Origin: Parcubacteria bacterium C7867-004
GTDB taxonomy: Bacteria; Patescibacteriota; Minisyncoccia; Phycocordibacterales; Phycocordibacteraceae
Direction of reading: 5' to 3'
Length of the DNA: 64,000 nt
Assembly: GCA_001189075.1 (NCBI GenBank)
Contig: LFCN01000006.1
Location: 386,041 to 450,040, forward strand
Part shown: one piece after another, positions 38,518-48,449 of the stretch
How the letters are laid out: each line of letters begins with the position of its first letter
Numbering within the stretch: position 1 is the first letter of the stretch
Notes under the pieces: generated by a model
Database searches by the model: none
Seen by the model: only the letters and a program-made list of their open reading frames with translations
What the model was told of the DNA's origin: nothing
Position numbers and translations under genes: made by a program

Positions 38518-39060
38518 ATGAACGTTACAGGAAACGGAGTCGCTATAGCCCTTGCTGTAGCACTTGCAGGAGCATTCTTGTTCTTCGGCTCGTCCTTCCT
38601 AACATTGCCATTCGGCAGCCAGGACGCGGCGGTTGAAGTAGCGACTGAAGAGGCCAGTTCGACAGGCGCATTGGTATTACCGGTTAATCAGAATGCAATG
38701 GATCCACAAGAACAGATGGCGCAAGGAGAGCTCCCTACCGTACTTACCGCGAGTGACACGGTTATTGGTACAGGCGCCGAAGCGAAGACCGGCGACACCG
38801 TTATCGTCACGTATATCGGTGCGCTCCCAGACGGCACCGTCTTCGATGCGTCTAAGAACCATGGAGATGGAACCTTCTCCTTCACGCTCGGTGAAGGGAG
38901 GGTGATTCAGGGATGGGACAAGGGTGTTGTAGGCATGAAAGTAGGCGGAACCCGTCAGCTCGTTATCCCACCGGATATGGGATATGGCGCGGGAGGCCAG
39001 GGACCCATACCGCCGAATGCGACGCTTCTCTTTGAAATCGAGCTCGTCGGTATCAAATAG
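38518..39060 (+). CDS. FKBP-type peptidyl-prolyl isomerase, membrane-anchored
   Basis: GTGAEAKTGD, GTVFDAS, VIQGWDKG..GMKVGG, IPPNATLLFEIEL. Confidence 0.95.
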   Translation: MNVTGNGVAIALAVALAGAFLFFGSSFLTLPFGSQDAAVEVATEEASSTGALVLPVNQNAMDPQEQMAQGELPTVLTASDTVIGTGAEAKTGDTVIVTYIGALPDGTVFDASKNHGDGTFSFTLGEGRVIQGWDKGVVGMKVGGTRQLVIPPDMGYGAGGQGPIPPNATLLFEIELVGIK

Positions 39061-39083
39061 GGAAGCCGAAGAATAGAGATAAG

Positions 39084-39113
39084 AAAAACCGCCGGGCCCA
39101 TTGGGTCCGGCGG
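39084..39113 (-). terminator. Terminator between convergent genes
   Basis: AAAAA-CCGCCGGGCCC-ATT-GGGTCCGGCGG. Confidence 0.75.
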
Positions 39114-39137
39114 CTAAGTTTGTTGTCTTCCCCTTGG

Positions 39138-39791
39138 TTAGGGGAGGACGGCGGGTAGGGGTGCAGCTGCTCCCGGTGCGGAAGGTGGCTCGTTGGTCGC
39201 CTTGCCGACCGTTGTGGTCGGCATGGACATCTGCTTCGCTGGCCCGCTTCCGGCCCAGGGGATGATGACCACCCCCTTGAGCTGTCCCCTCTGCTGCGCA
39301 CGGGCGACGAAGCCGACCATGCACGCGTACTGGACGTAGCGGATTGCAAGCTGGTAGCGGTCGATGCGCGCATCGAACTGGCCGGCTGCGTTGAGGATGC
39401 CACCCAGCTTGAGGAACTGGCTGAAGGAGACGCCGGTGTAGGCAGTCGTGTAGGCGATTGCCGTACCCGTGCCGCCGATGACAGCACCACGAGCAGTTGG
39501 AATCACGATTTCCGACGCGATGCCGGGAATGTAGGGATCCAGCTGCTTGTGGCAAGCGTAGTCCAGTTCCTGCATCTGCCGGAATTGGTCGGGGCCGTAG
39601 AGGTCGCCGGCCACCGCAGGCGTGGTCGCGGTGGCCTTGAGGCCCGGGAACACGCCGGTGAGGTAGCTGCCACCGAGCTTCCCTTGGTCAGTGACCGGGG
39701 GAGGCGGCCGCATGGTCGTCTGGCAAGCCGCGAGGCTCAGAGCCATAGACGCGGAGGCGAGCCCCCGCATCGCCTTTTGAGAGATGTTCAT
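39138..39791 (-). CDS. Hypothetical lipoprotein
   Basis: Lipobox LAAC after basic/hydrophobic signal; GAVIGG hydrophobic segment; paired Cys. Confidence 0.65.
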   Translation of the reverse strand: MNISQKAMRGLASASMALSLAACQTTMRPPPPVTDQGKLGGSYLTGVFPGLKATATTPAVAGDLYGPDQFRQMQELDYACHKQLDPYIPGIASEIVIPTARGAVIGGTGTAIAYTTAYTGVSFSQFLKLGGILNAAGQFDARIDRYQLAIRYVQYACMVGFVARAQQRGQLKGVVIIPWAGSGPAKQMSMPTTTVGKATNEPPSAPGAAAPLPAVLP

Positions 39792-39966
39792 TGGGGTCTC
39801 TTTCCTAACTCTACAAGAGGTTGCTGCAGCCCTATTTCCGCACATGGAAAGAACTACGTAAAGGTACTGTACCCATTTTAAATAGGCTTGTCAAGTACGT
39901 ACAGACTTGAAGAATCGATGGAGAAAGACTTGTTCGCGAGCATATTCAAAGCTACCTTAAGAACAC

Positions 39967-41184
39967 ATGAAGCCTATTTCCTATACGGTAGAGACCAAAA
40001 GCGGCAGAGCCCGCACTGGCGTTATACATACGCCCCATGGCGATGTACAAACCCCTGCATTCGTTCCTGTAGGCACTAAGGCCGGGGTTAAGGGAATCCT
40101 CCCTAGTCAGCTTAAGGACCTCGGCGCTCAGGTAGTGCTCGCAAACACGTATCACCTCTACCTTCAGCCGGGAGAACAGGTGGTAAAAGGCGCGGGCGGG
40201 CTAGGGAAATTCATGGGATACGATGGACCAACCATGACGGACTCTGGCGGGTTCCAGGTGTTCTCACTTGGAAGCGCGTTCGGCCGCACCATAACCAAGA
40301 TCGCGAAAGGCGAAGAGAATGCGCGAGATCAAGGAGTTGCGGTTGTGGATGAGGACATGCGCAGCCAGCATGGACAGCTCGCGGTCATCGACGAAGAGGG
40401 TGTCACCTTCACCTCGCACCATGACGGCTCTCTGCATCGCTTCACGCCGGAACGCTCCATCGAGATACAGCATGCGCTCGGCGCGGATATGTTCTTCGCG
40501 TTCGATGAGTGCACCTCGCCAACCGAGCCGTACGAGTATCAGAAGGAAGCTATGGAGCGTACGCACAAGTGGGCATTGCGCTCACTCAAGGCGCATCGTC
40601 AGAATATCGAAGCTAATCGCTCGCAGGGCATATTCGGCATCGTGCAGGGCGGCAGATTTGAAGATTTACGAGAGGAGAGTGCCAAGGAGATCGCTTCGAT
40701 GGATTTCGACGGCTTCGGTATCGGCGGCTCCTTCAGCAAGGAGGACATGGAAGGAGCGCTCCAGGCTGCCGTGAAGCATCTGCCGGAAGAGAAGCCGCGA
40801 CATTTCCTCGGGATAGGTGAGCCGGGCGATCTCCTGCTTGGTATCGCGGAAGGTATGGATACCTTTGACTGCGTTGCTGCGACGAGACTCGGCCGCCATG
40901 GCTCCATTTACACGAAGAACGGACAGATCAATCTGAAGAACGAGAAGTATCGTTCGGATTATTCGTTACTGAACGAAGGTGGGGTAGCTATTCCGGGAAC
41001 CGAAGGCTTCACGAAGGCCTACGTCTCGCACCTTATCCGCTCGAACGAGATCCTCGGCCAGATAATTGCGTCTATGCACAATCTTGGATTCATCATTGCG
41101 CTCGTGGATGGTGCAAGGGAAGCGATACGGAACGGAACGTTCGAGCAGTATCGGGAGGATTTCAGTCGGGGATACTATGGCTAG
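39967..41184 (+). CDS. tgt: tRNA-guanine transglycosylase
   Basis: TPAFVPVGT, ANTYHL, TDSGGFQVFSL, FDEC, GIVQGG, DTFDCV, HNL. Confidence 0.96.
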   Translation: MKPISYTVETKSGRARTGVIHTPHGDVQTPAFVPVGTKAGVKGILPSQLKDLGAQVVLANTYHLYLQPGEQVVKGAGGLGKFMGYDGPTMTDSGGFQVFSLGSAFGRTITKIAKGEENARDQGVAVVDEDMRSQHGQLAVIDEEGVTFTSHHDGSLHRFTPERSIEIQHALGADMFFAFDECTSPTEPYEYQKEAMERTHKWALRSLKAHRQNIEANRSQGIFGIVQGGRFEDLREESAKEIASMDFDGFGIGGSFSKEDMEGALQAAVKHLPEEKPRHFLGIGEPGDLLLGIAEGMDTFDCVAATRLGRHGSIYTKNGQINLKNEKYRSDYSLLNEGGVAIPGTEGFTKAYVSHLIRSNEILGQIIASMHNLGFIIALVDGAREAIRNGTFEQYREDFSRGYYG

Positions 41185-41231
41185 CCGGAGTCTTCTTTTT
41201 TATTTCATCCGGCAAAGGTAGACTGATACGA

Positions 41232-43298
41232 ATGGCCTTATTCAACCTCCACTCCCCCTTCCCGCCAGCAGGCGACCAGCCTGCCGCTATCAAGAAGCTT
41301 ACTGAGGGGATTGAAAAGGGCATGCGCCATCAGACGCTGCTCGGCGTTACTGGTTCCGGCAAGACCTATACGATAGCGAACGTCATCCAGAACGTGGGGA
41401 AGCCGACTCTCGTGCTCGCGCATAACAAGACGCTAGCAGCCCAGCTCGCGCAAGAATACCGCGAGTTCTTCCCGGAGAACCAGGTGCACTACTTCGTTTC
41501 CTATTACGACTACTACCAGCCGGAAGCCTACATCGCGCACTCGGATACCTATATAGAGAAGGAGGCGCAGATCAATGCGGAGATCGATCGTCTTCGTCAT
41601 GCTGCGACGCAGTCACTCCTCACTCGCAAAGACGTGATTATCGTCGCCTCAGTATCTGCTATCTATGGTCTCGGCTCGCCGGAGCAGTACGAGAAGGTAC
41701 ATGTGAAGCTGCAGGTAGGAGGGGAAGAGAATCGCGCGGCGCTCATCCGCAAGCTGGTGCGGATCTATTTCGAGCGCACGAATGCCGATCTTGAGCCGGG
41801 AAAGCTGCGGGCGGTAGGGAACGCGGTAGAGCTCATGCCGGTGAACGAGAGGGCGATCTACCGCATCACGTTTGATGAGGATACGGTCGCCGCTATAGAG
41901 TGCCTTGATCCGGTCTCACGCGCGAATACCGGCAATCCCGAATCCCTCTTCGTCTTCCCTGCCAAGCACTTCGTCTCAAGCGAGGACGAGCGCGCTCGTG
42001 CGCTCGAGGACATCAAGCGAGAGCTCGACGAGCGTCTCGAGGTCCTGAAGCGCGAGGAGAAGGTGCTTGAGCACGAGCGGCTCAAGCGCCGTACGCTCCA
42101 TGACATCGCGCTCATCCGAGAGATCGGCTACTCAGGTGGTATTGAGAACTATTCCCGCCATTTCGATGGACGTAGTCCTGGAGAACCGCCGCACACACTC
42201 CTTTCCTACTTCCCGCACAACAAGGACGGGAGCGCCGATTTCCTTACGGTTATCGACGAGTCCCACGTAACCGTCACCCAGATCGGCGGCATGTACGCGG
42301 GCGACAAGTCCCGCAAGGACATCCTCATCGAGCACGGATTTCGGCTGCCTTCCGCTCGTGATAACCGTCCGCTCAGGTTCGAGGAGTTCGAGGAGCGTAT
42401 CGGCCAGGTTATCTATACGTCAGCGACCCCAGGTAACTACGAGCGCGAGCACAGCGTGGCTCCGGATGGCCAGGTAGCGGAGCAGATCATCCGCCCGACC
42501 GGTCTCATCGATCCAGAGCTCATCGTCCGGCCTATCGTCGAGAAGGGAGACTACAAGGGCCAGATCGCCGACTTCATCCATGAAGCGGAGATAGTTATCA
42601 AGCGAGATGGACGTGCGCTTGCGACAACCCTCACCAAGCAGATGGCCGAGGATCTTTCTGAGTTCCTTAAGGAGCGCGGGATGAAGGCTGAATATCTCCA
42701 CTCTGACGTAAAGACGATCGACCGCATCGACATACTTACGAACTTCCGCAAAGGTAACTTCGACGTGCTGGTGGGTGTGAACCTGCTGCGCGAGGGCCTG
42801 GATCTTCCTGAGGTGGAGTTGGTCGGTATACTCGATGCCGACAAGGAAGGATTCCTCCGCTCGGAAACCTCGCTCATCCAGACCATCGGGCGCGCCGCGC
42901 GCAACGTGCTCGGTCGCGTGATCCTCTACGCGGACGTGATGACCGGCTCGATGGAGCGGGCGATAGGAGAGACCAACCGCCGTCGCACCATACAGCTCGC
43001 CTACAACGAGAAGCACGGCATAACTCCCCTCACCATCAAGAAGGAGATCCGCGACATCGCCGAATCGATGCGCAGCGAGCACCAGAAGACCGTACAGGGC
43101 ATGCTCGACCTCGACGCGAAGCTCTATGAGGAAGACCCGACTGGCTTCATAAAGGATAAACGCCTCCAGATGGATGCAGCAGTAGAGGCGCTCGATTTCG
43201 AGACCGCGGCGATCCTGCGGGATGAGATCTATGAGCTTGAGGGAACGCCAAACCCGAACAAGAAGAAGAATCCTCGGAAGAAGCGATTCGGCTCGTAA
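41232..43298 (+). CDS. uvrB: Excinuclease ABC subunit B
   Basis: GVTGSGKT, HNKTLAAQL, YYDYYQPEAY, IDESH, SATPG, LLREGLD, C-terminal UVR domain. Confidence 0.98.
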   Translation: MALFNLHSPFPPAGDQPAAIKKLTEGIEKGMRHQTLLGVTGSGKTYTIANVIQNVGKPTLVLAHNKTLAAQLAQEYREFFPENQVHYFVSYYDYYQPEAYIAHSDTYIEKEAQINAEIDRLRHAATQSLLTRKDVIIVASVSAIYGLGSPEQYEKVHVKLQVGGEENRAALIRKLVRIYFERTNADLEPGKLRAVGNAVELMPVNERAIYRITFDEDTVAAIECLDPVSRANTGNPESLFVFPAKHFVSSEDERARALEDIKRELDERLEVLKREEKVLEHERLKRRTLHDIALIREIGYSGGIENYSRHFDGRSPGEPPHTLLSYFPHNKDGSADFLTVIDESHVTVTQIGGMYAGDKSRKDILIEHGFRLPSARDNRPLRFEEFEERIGQVIYTSATPGNYEREHSVAPDGQVAEQIIRPTGLIDPELIVRPIVEKGDYKGQIADFIHEAEIVIKRDGRALATTLTKQMAEDLSEFLKERGMKAEYLHSDVKTIDRIDILTNFRKGNFDVLVGVNLLREGLDLPEVELVGILDADKEGFLRSETSLIQTIGRAARNVLGRVILYADVMTGSMERAIGETNRRRTIQLAYNEKHGITPLTIKKEIRDIAESMRSEHQKTVQGMLDLDAKLYEEDPTGFIKDKRLQMDAAVEALDFETAAILRDEIYELEGTPNPNKKKNPRKKRFGS

Positions 43299-43319
43299 GC
43301 GCGTGATACCATACGCGTA

Positions 43320-44402
43320 ATGACTTTGCGGGTCTATATCGGCGTCGTGCTTCTGTGCGTCCTCATCGTATCGCTCGGCTTCATCGGCGCGACGATTCTC
43401 TTCCTGAACAAGGAGCTCGCGATGCTGCTCACCACCTCCGTGGAGGCAGAAGCGCTGCGCACTCTGCTACTCGGCAACGCCGCGCTATCGATCATCTTCT
43501 CGGTCGTGATGATCGGGTTCTTGTTCTGGGTTATCGGATGGGTGGTAGCGCATCCGCTCCGTCTCATCGTGTCCGCGATGCGCGAATTCTCAGAGACGGA
43601 GAAGCCGGTCGAGCTTCCGTCCTTCAGGACCGCACCCGCGGAAGTGCGCGAGCTTGCCTCGGCGTTCACGACTTTCTCGCAGCGGGTCGGCGAAAGCCAT
43701 AAGCGGGATCAGGAAATCTCTCGGGTGAAGTCAGATTTCATATCCACTGCGGCCCACCAGCTACGCACCCCGCTTACGGGCATCCGCTGGGCACTCGAGG
43801 CGCTGCAGAAGGAAGCCCTCACGGATTCGCAGAAGGCGCTGCTCGGAAGCGCAACCGAGAAGAGTCATCAGCTGGTGGCGATCGTGGGAACGCTTCTTGA
43901 TATATCGGCGATCGAGTCGGGCAAGTACAAGTACGTGTTCGAGAACGTGGACGTAAACGCGTTCCTCGCCCAGATAGCGAAGGATTTCCAGCCGATGGCG
44001 CTTGAAGCCAAGATCTCGCTTTTCTTCGAGCAATCAGAGAGCGAGGTATTGCAGGTGCGAGCTGACCGCGAGCGGATCCGATGGGTCTTGAATAACCTCA
44101 TCGAGAATGCCATCCGCTATACCCCCGCAGGAGGCCGGGTGCGTCTTACGACCGAGTCCTCGCAGCAGCGCACTTTCATTCATGTCGAAGACAACGGCAT
44201 CGGTATCGCGCCGTCCGACCAAGGGAATATCTTCGAGCGGTTCTACCGGGCGCCGAACGCTATCGCAAAAGAGAACGGCGGCAGCGGTCTCGGCCTCTAT
44301 ATCGCCCGCACCATCGCTACCGATCACGGAGGAGATCTTAGCTTCACCTCGAACGCAGCCGGCCACGGCACGACGTTCACGTTGTCACTTCCCGTAACCT
44401 AA
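43320..44402 (+). CDS. HAMP-domain sensor histidine kinase
   Basis: Two TMs, HAMP, AAHQLRTPL H-box, NLIENAIRY, DNGIG, GSGLGL. Confidence 0.93.
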   Translation: MTLRVYIGVVLLCVLIVSLGFIGATILFLNKELAMLLTTSVEAEALRTLLLGNAALSIIFSVVMIGFLFWVIGWVVAHPLRLIVSAMREFSETEKPVELPSFRTAPAEVRELASAFTTFSQRVGESHKRDQEISRVKSDFISTAAHQLRTPLTGIRWALEALQKEALTDSQKALLGSATEKSHQLVAIVGTLLDISAIESGKYKYVFENVDVNAFLAQIAKDFQPMALEAKISLFFEQSESEVLQVRADRERIRWVLNNLIENAIRYTPAGGRVRLTTESSQQRTFIHVEDNGIGIAPSDQGNIFERFYRAPNAIAKENGGSGLGLYIARTIATDHGGDLSFTSNAAGHGTTFTLSLPVT

Positions 44403-44410
44403 CCCTACCC

Positions 44411-44998
44411 ATGGAAAAACCCGTCATAGATGCAATTGCGCTCGACGCTTCATTGCCGCTCGATCTGTACGAGGAGAAGCCGATAGGGACCATGAACATG
44501 CCCGACGGCAGGAAGCTGCATGCCGTGCTCGGTCTCTCAAAGACCCATGCCGAGAAGCTCAAGGAACGATCTTTGGATGAGCAGGATCAGGATCTACAGC
44601 GCAATACGTCCGATCGGGAACGGTTCGGTCTGGGCTCGTACGAGGATTGGTACGCGAAAGGACGCTATCCGTTCGCGCTTATCGATGAGAACGACAATCT
44701 CGCGGCGCTCGTGTGGCTAGGGCATGTACCGAACCCGCTCCCGTCGGATGTCGGGTCGTCGCTATGGGACACCATCGCATTTCGTGCCTATCCGCCGTAT
44801 CGAGGCCAGGGAATCATGTCGCCATTCAGCCGCTTCGTGCTCCGGACCTATGAGGTTATGGCACCCGGACGGTCTATCTGGCTTGCCACCGATCAGTCGA
44901 ACGAATCGGGAATCGCGCTCTATACGAAGCTCGGGTTCGTGGACCGGGGACATGCCGAACGGGAGTCTCGGCGTATACTTGTGCTCGAACGAATGTAA
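44411..44998 (+). CDS. GNAT-family acetyltransferase
   Basis: YRGQGIM acetyl-CoA motif A; N..GIALYTKLGF. Confidence 0.8.
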   Translation: MEKPVIDAIALDASLPLDLYEEKPIGTMNMPDGRKLHAVLGLSKTHAEKLKERSLDEQDQDLQRNTSDRERFGLGSYEDWYAKGRYPFALIDENDNLAALVWLGHVPNPLPSDVGSSLWDTIAFRAYPPYRGQGIMSPFSRFVLRTYEVMAPGRSIWLATDQSNESGIALYTKLGFVDRGHAERESRRILVLERM

Positions 44999-45005
44999 CG
45001 CACTC

Positions 45006-46163
45006 ATGTCACGTGTAAAGCTAACCGAATACCGCGCGAAGTCCCTCATCCTCGGTGAGGGATATCGAGGTGTATCGCTTAGAGCTTGCGATGCGGTCCA
45101 GTTCCCGAGCGGCGCGAAGCTCGTGCTCAAGGTGGATCAGGGCGTGAAGAAGCGCATGAAGCAGGGACTGGTCGCGGTAGGTATCGAGGCGACCGAGATA
45201 CCGGTCTTCATTGACGAATGGTCCTCACGCGGCTACTCGAACTTCATAGTCGAAGAGCTCTTCCCGCACGAAGAAAAGGAAGAGCAGTACCTGAGTCTTG
45301 AGCGGGTTCGGGACGGCTACCGGCTCCTCCATGCCGCCGAGGGCGGTATCGATATCGAGGAGCATCCGGAGAAGGTGACGAAACTCGTCGCATCCGGAGA
45401 AGGAGTAGCAACGGCGTTCGCGGAAGCTACCGGTCTTCCGGAAACCTTCCTGCAGGACCTGCTCGATTGCTTCGCCACAAAGCACTTCGCGTTTGTCGAG
45501 ATAAACCCGCTTGTTGTGCGCGGCACTGAGGTGTATCTCCTTGATGCCGCGGTTCTTGTTGATAGTGCCGGGCAGTTCTCAGTTAAGGACGCGTGGAGCG
45601 AATCAGACATTCCGGAGAAGAACGCGGCGCATGCGGCTGAAGCTACCGTTGCCGCTCTGCAGAAGACCACGCCTGCATCGCTTAAGCTTACGGTGCTCAA
45701 TCCGGATGCCAGCCTGTTCTTCCTTCTCTCCGGAGGCGGCGGCAGCATCGTGATAGCGGATGAAGCGGCACTACGGGGCGCAGGGAACGAGATAGGCAAT
45801 TACGGAGAATACAGCGGCGGACCGACGCGCGAAGAGACCTACCTCTATGCGAAAGAGGTTATCGCGCTCCTGCTCGCTTCCAAAGCAACGAAGAAGGCAC
45901 TGGTTATCGCCGGCGGCGTTGCGAATTTCACCGACGTCGGCAAGACGTTCGCGGGCATTATCGACGCTCTGTCCGAAGAGGTTTCCCGACTTCAGACAGC
46001 AGGAGTGAAAGTATTCGTCAGGCGGGGGGGACCGAACGAGAAGGCGGGACTTGCGCACATGCGATCCTACCTTGAAGAGCACGGACTGCTGGGAAGCGTG
46101 TATGGGTCCGATACGGTTATTACACAGGCGGTTGATGATGCTGTAGATTTCATACAAGGCTGA
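45006..46163 (+). CDS. aclB: ATP-citrate lyase beta subunit
   Basis: KLTEYRAK, LVLKVDQ, EGGIDI, EINPL, SLKLTVLNP, GGGGS, NYGEYSGGP, GGVANFTDV, VRRGGPN. Confidence 0.9.
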   Translation: MSRVKLTEYRAKSLILGEGYRGVSLRACDAVQFPSGAKLVLKVDQGVKKRMKQGLVAVGIEATEIPVFIDEWSSRGYSNFIVEELFPHEEKEEQYLSLERVRDGYRLLHAAEGGIDIEEHPEKVTKLVASGEGVATAFAEATGLPETFLQDLLDCFATKHFAFVEINPLVVRGTEVYLLDAAVLVDSAGQFSVKDAWSESDIPEKNAAHAAEATVAALQKTTPASLKLTVLNPDASLFFLLSGGGGSIVIADEAALRGAGNEIGNYGEYSGGPTREETYLYAKEVIALLLASKATKKALVIAGGVANFTDVGKTFAGIIDALSEEVSRLQTAGVKVFVRRGGPNEKAGLAHMRSYLEEHGLLGSVYGSDTVITQAVDDAVDFIQG

Positions 46164-46164
46164 T

Positions 46165-47949
46165 ATGACACTACTTGATTCGATACGAGCGGGTGAACGC
46201 GGCATACTGGTCTCCGGTATTCACCTGCAGGTGATCCAGTCGATACTCGACTTCGATTATCTCTCCGGAAAGGAACGATCGATACTCGGTATTGTTGCGG
46301 GAGGCCGCAAGTCCGTGAAGCTGTTCTGGGGACCAGAGGAGTTCCTCATGCCCTGTTTTGCTTCCTTTGCTGACGTGCCGGAACAGTTCCGCGCCCAGGT
46401 CCGGTTCCTGCTGAACGTGCAGTCGGGACGGCGCGCGTACGAGTCCACCGTGGCATTCTTTGAAGCTTTTCCCGAAGCATACGGTGCACATATCTTCGCG
46501 GAGAATGTGCCTGAAGCAAGCGCGACCATGCTCATCGAGCAGTACGGAAAGACAAAAGTGATTGCAGGGCCCTCAGGGGTAGGGTTCGTTGTTCCGGGAC
46601 TGCTTAAGCTCGGCGCGATCGGGGGAGTCGATGCTACTCAGTTGTGGACGAACAAGCTCATGACTTCCGGATCGGTCGCAGTAGTCTCAACGTCCGGCGG
46701 TATGACGGGCGAACTCATCAACGCGGTTGCGGGAGCGGATAAGCGTCTCTCGTTCGCCTTCTGTATCGGCGGCGACCGCTTCCCAGTTACGGCGCTCTCC
46801 GAGGTTCTCAAGCTCGCTCAAGAGGATCCAAGCACAAAAGGTATCGCGTACTTCGGCGAGCTCGGCGGCGTAGACGAGTACGAGATCGTGGAACTCATCA
46901 AGAGCGGAACGCTCACGAAGCCGGTAGCGGCCTATATTGCCGGTATCATCGACGAATCCTTCGAGGAGCACGTCCAGTTCGGACATGCCAAAGCGCTGGT
47001 TGCGACTAATGACGAAAGTGCGCGAGCCAAGCGCGAGGCGCTGCGGGCTTGCGGAGTTGATGCGCCTGATACGTTCCCAGAATTTCTTGAGGCGCTCAAA
47101 AAGCTGCCGGGTGCCGATCACAAGGATGTTCCCGTCGATATCGCTCCCTTGCTTTCCCGTCGCTCAAGTATCCTCTCGACGCGGGAGATCATCGATCTCA
47201 AAAGCATTCCGGTATTCGTCGCAGAGGGGAAGTTGGTTACGCCTGAAACGGGCTTTATGTCAGCCGTAACGGGCGCGCTTCTGGGTCGCCCGCTTACCTC
47301 GCCTATTAGCCAGGCATTCTTCGAAGCGGTTGCGACGCTCCTTATCGATCATGGCGGGAATGTTTCTGGCGCTGTGAACTCCATGATAACGGCGCGTGCC
47401 GGAAAGGATCTGGTTTCGTCGCTCGTGAGCGGTCTCTTAACGATAGGTCCGCGCTTCGGAGGAGCTATCAACGAAGCGGCAGGGCTCTGGCTTACTGGAG
47501 CGCAGGGGGGACTTTCAGCAAGCGAATTCGTTACGCTCGAGACGAGTGGTGGACGAGTTATTCTCGGTATCGGCCATAAGAAGTATCGCGTGGGTATGCC
47601 GGATCCACGCGTAGCAGCGCTCTCGGAATTTGCGACGCTGCTCGATTCCCATCCGCACTATGACTTCGCTCGGAGTGTTGAAGCGGTAACTATCGGAAAG
47701 AACGGCTCGCTCATACTGAACGTCGATGGCGTTACGGCAGCACTTGCGCTCGATATCCTCAGCGAGTGCGAAGGATATACCCGTAGCGAGCTGACTGCGC
47801 TCAAGGATGCGGAGTTCTTCAATGCGCTCTTCATTCTTCCGCGGAGCGCAGGCTTCATGGCCCACATACTCGAACAGAAGCGCAACGATGAGGGCCTCTT
47901 CCGTCTCCCGGATAATCTCCTGTACACTCGCCCAGCTGGCGAGGAATAG
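46165..47949 (+). CDS. aclA: ATP-citrate lyase alpha subunit
   Basis: LDFDY, STSGGM, IGGDRFP, GELGG.DEY, QFGHA phospho-His, DHG..VSGA, GPRFGGA, GIGH, LILNVDG. Confidence 0.92.
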   Translation: MTLLDSIRAGERGILVSGIHLQVIQSILDFDYLSGKERSILGIVAGGRKSVKLFWGPEEFLMPCFASFADVPEQFRAQVRFLLNVQSGRRAYESTVAFFEAFPEAYGAHIFAENVPEASATMLIEQYGKTKVIAGPSGVGFVVPGLLKLGAIGGVDATQLWTNKLMTSGSVAVVSTSGGMTGELINAVAGADKRLSFAFCIGGDRFPVTALSEVLKLAQEDPSTKGIAYFGELGGVDEYEIVELIKSGTLTKPVAAYIAGIIDESFEEHVQFGHAKALVATNDESARAKREALRACGVDAPDTFPEFLEALKKLPGADHKDVPVDIAPLLSRRSSILSTREIIDLKSIPVFVAEGKLVTPETGFMSAVTGALLGRPLTSPISQAFFEAVATLLIDHGGNVSGAVNSMITARAGKDLVSSLVSGLLTIGPRFGGAINEAAGLWLTGAQGGLSASEFVTLETSGGRVILGIGHKKYRVGMPDPRVAALSEFATLLDSHPHYDFARSVEAVTIGKNGSLILNVDGVTAALALDILSECEGYTRSELTALKDAEFFNALFILPRSAGFMAHILEQKRNDEGLFRLPDNLLYTRPAGEE

Positions 47950-47967
47950 GAGTGGTATACTTTTGAT

Positions 47968-48375
47968 ATGACCGACGCCCCAAAATCCATCCTCGTTGTC
48001 GAGGACGATCCTATACTTAAGAACCTCCTCGGGCATACGCTCGCGGGCAAGTATGAGACGCTCTATGCCTCTGACGGCGCAGAAGCGCTCAAGCTCTTTG
48101 AGGAGCACAAGCCCGTACTGATTTTGCTCGATCTCATGCTCCCGACCATGAATGGCTTCGAGGTTGTCGAGACGCTCAGGAAGCGAGAAGACGAAGGCAA
48201 GACGGTTCCCGTTATCGTTGTGTCTAATCTCGGCCAGATCGGTGACAAGGAGAAGGCAAAGACACTTGGCGCAACCGAATACCTCGTAAAGGCGGAAGTC
48301 TCTGTTGAAGAGATTGTCGCGAAGATGGAGAGTTTGCTCGCTGCGGCCCCCACTCCGGTAGCGCCAACAATGTAG
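47968..48375 (+). CDS. Single-domain response regulator (receiver only)
   Basis: ILVVEDD, ILLDLMLP.MNG, SN, YLVK. Confidence 0.92.
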   Translation: MTDAPKSILVVEDDPILKNLLGHTLAGKYETLYASDGAEALKLFEEHKPVLILLDLMLPTMNGFEVVETLRKREDEGKTVPVIVVSNLGQIGDKEKAKTLGATEYLVKAEVSVEEIVAKMESLLAAAPTPVAPTM

Positions 48376-48449
48376 CTTCATTCGTTCTTCGTCTTCTGTG
48401 CTATAATACTTGTGTACCTGCCCCGCCACGGGCAGGACATTTCCGTACT

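Noticed and set aside
45006-47949. Autotrophy via reverse TCA cycle
   Set aside because: No other rTCA genes in the window; ACL alone is insufficient evidence.
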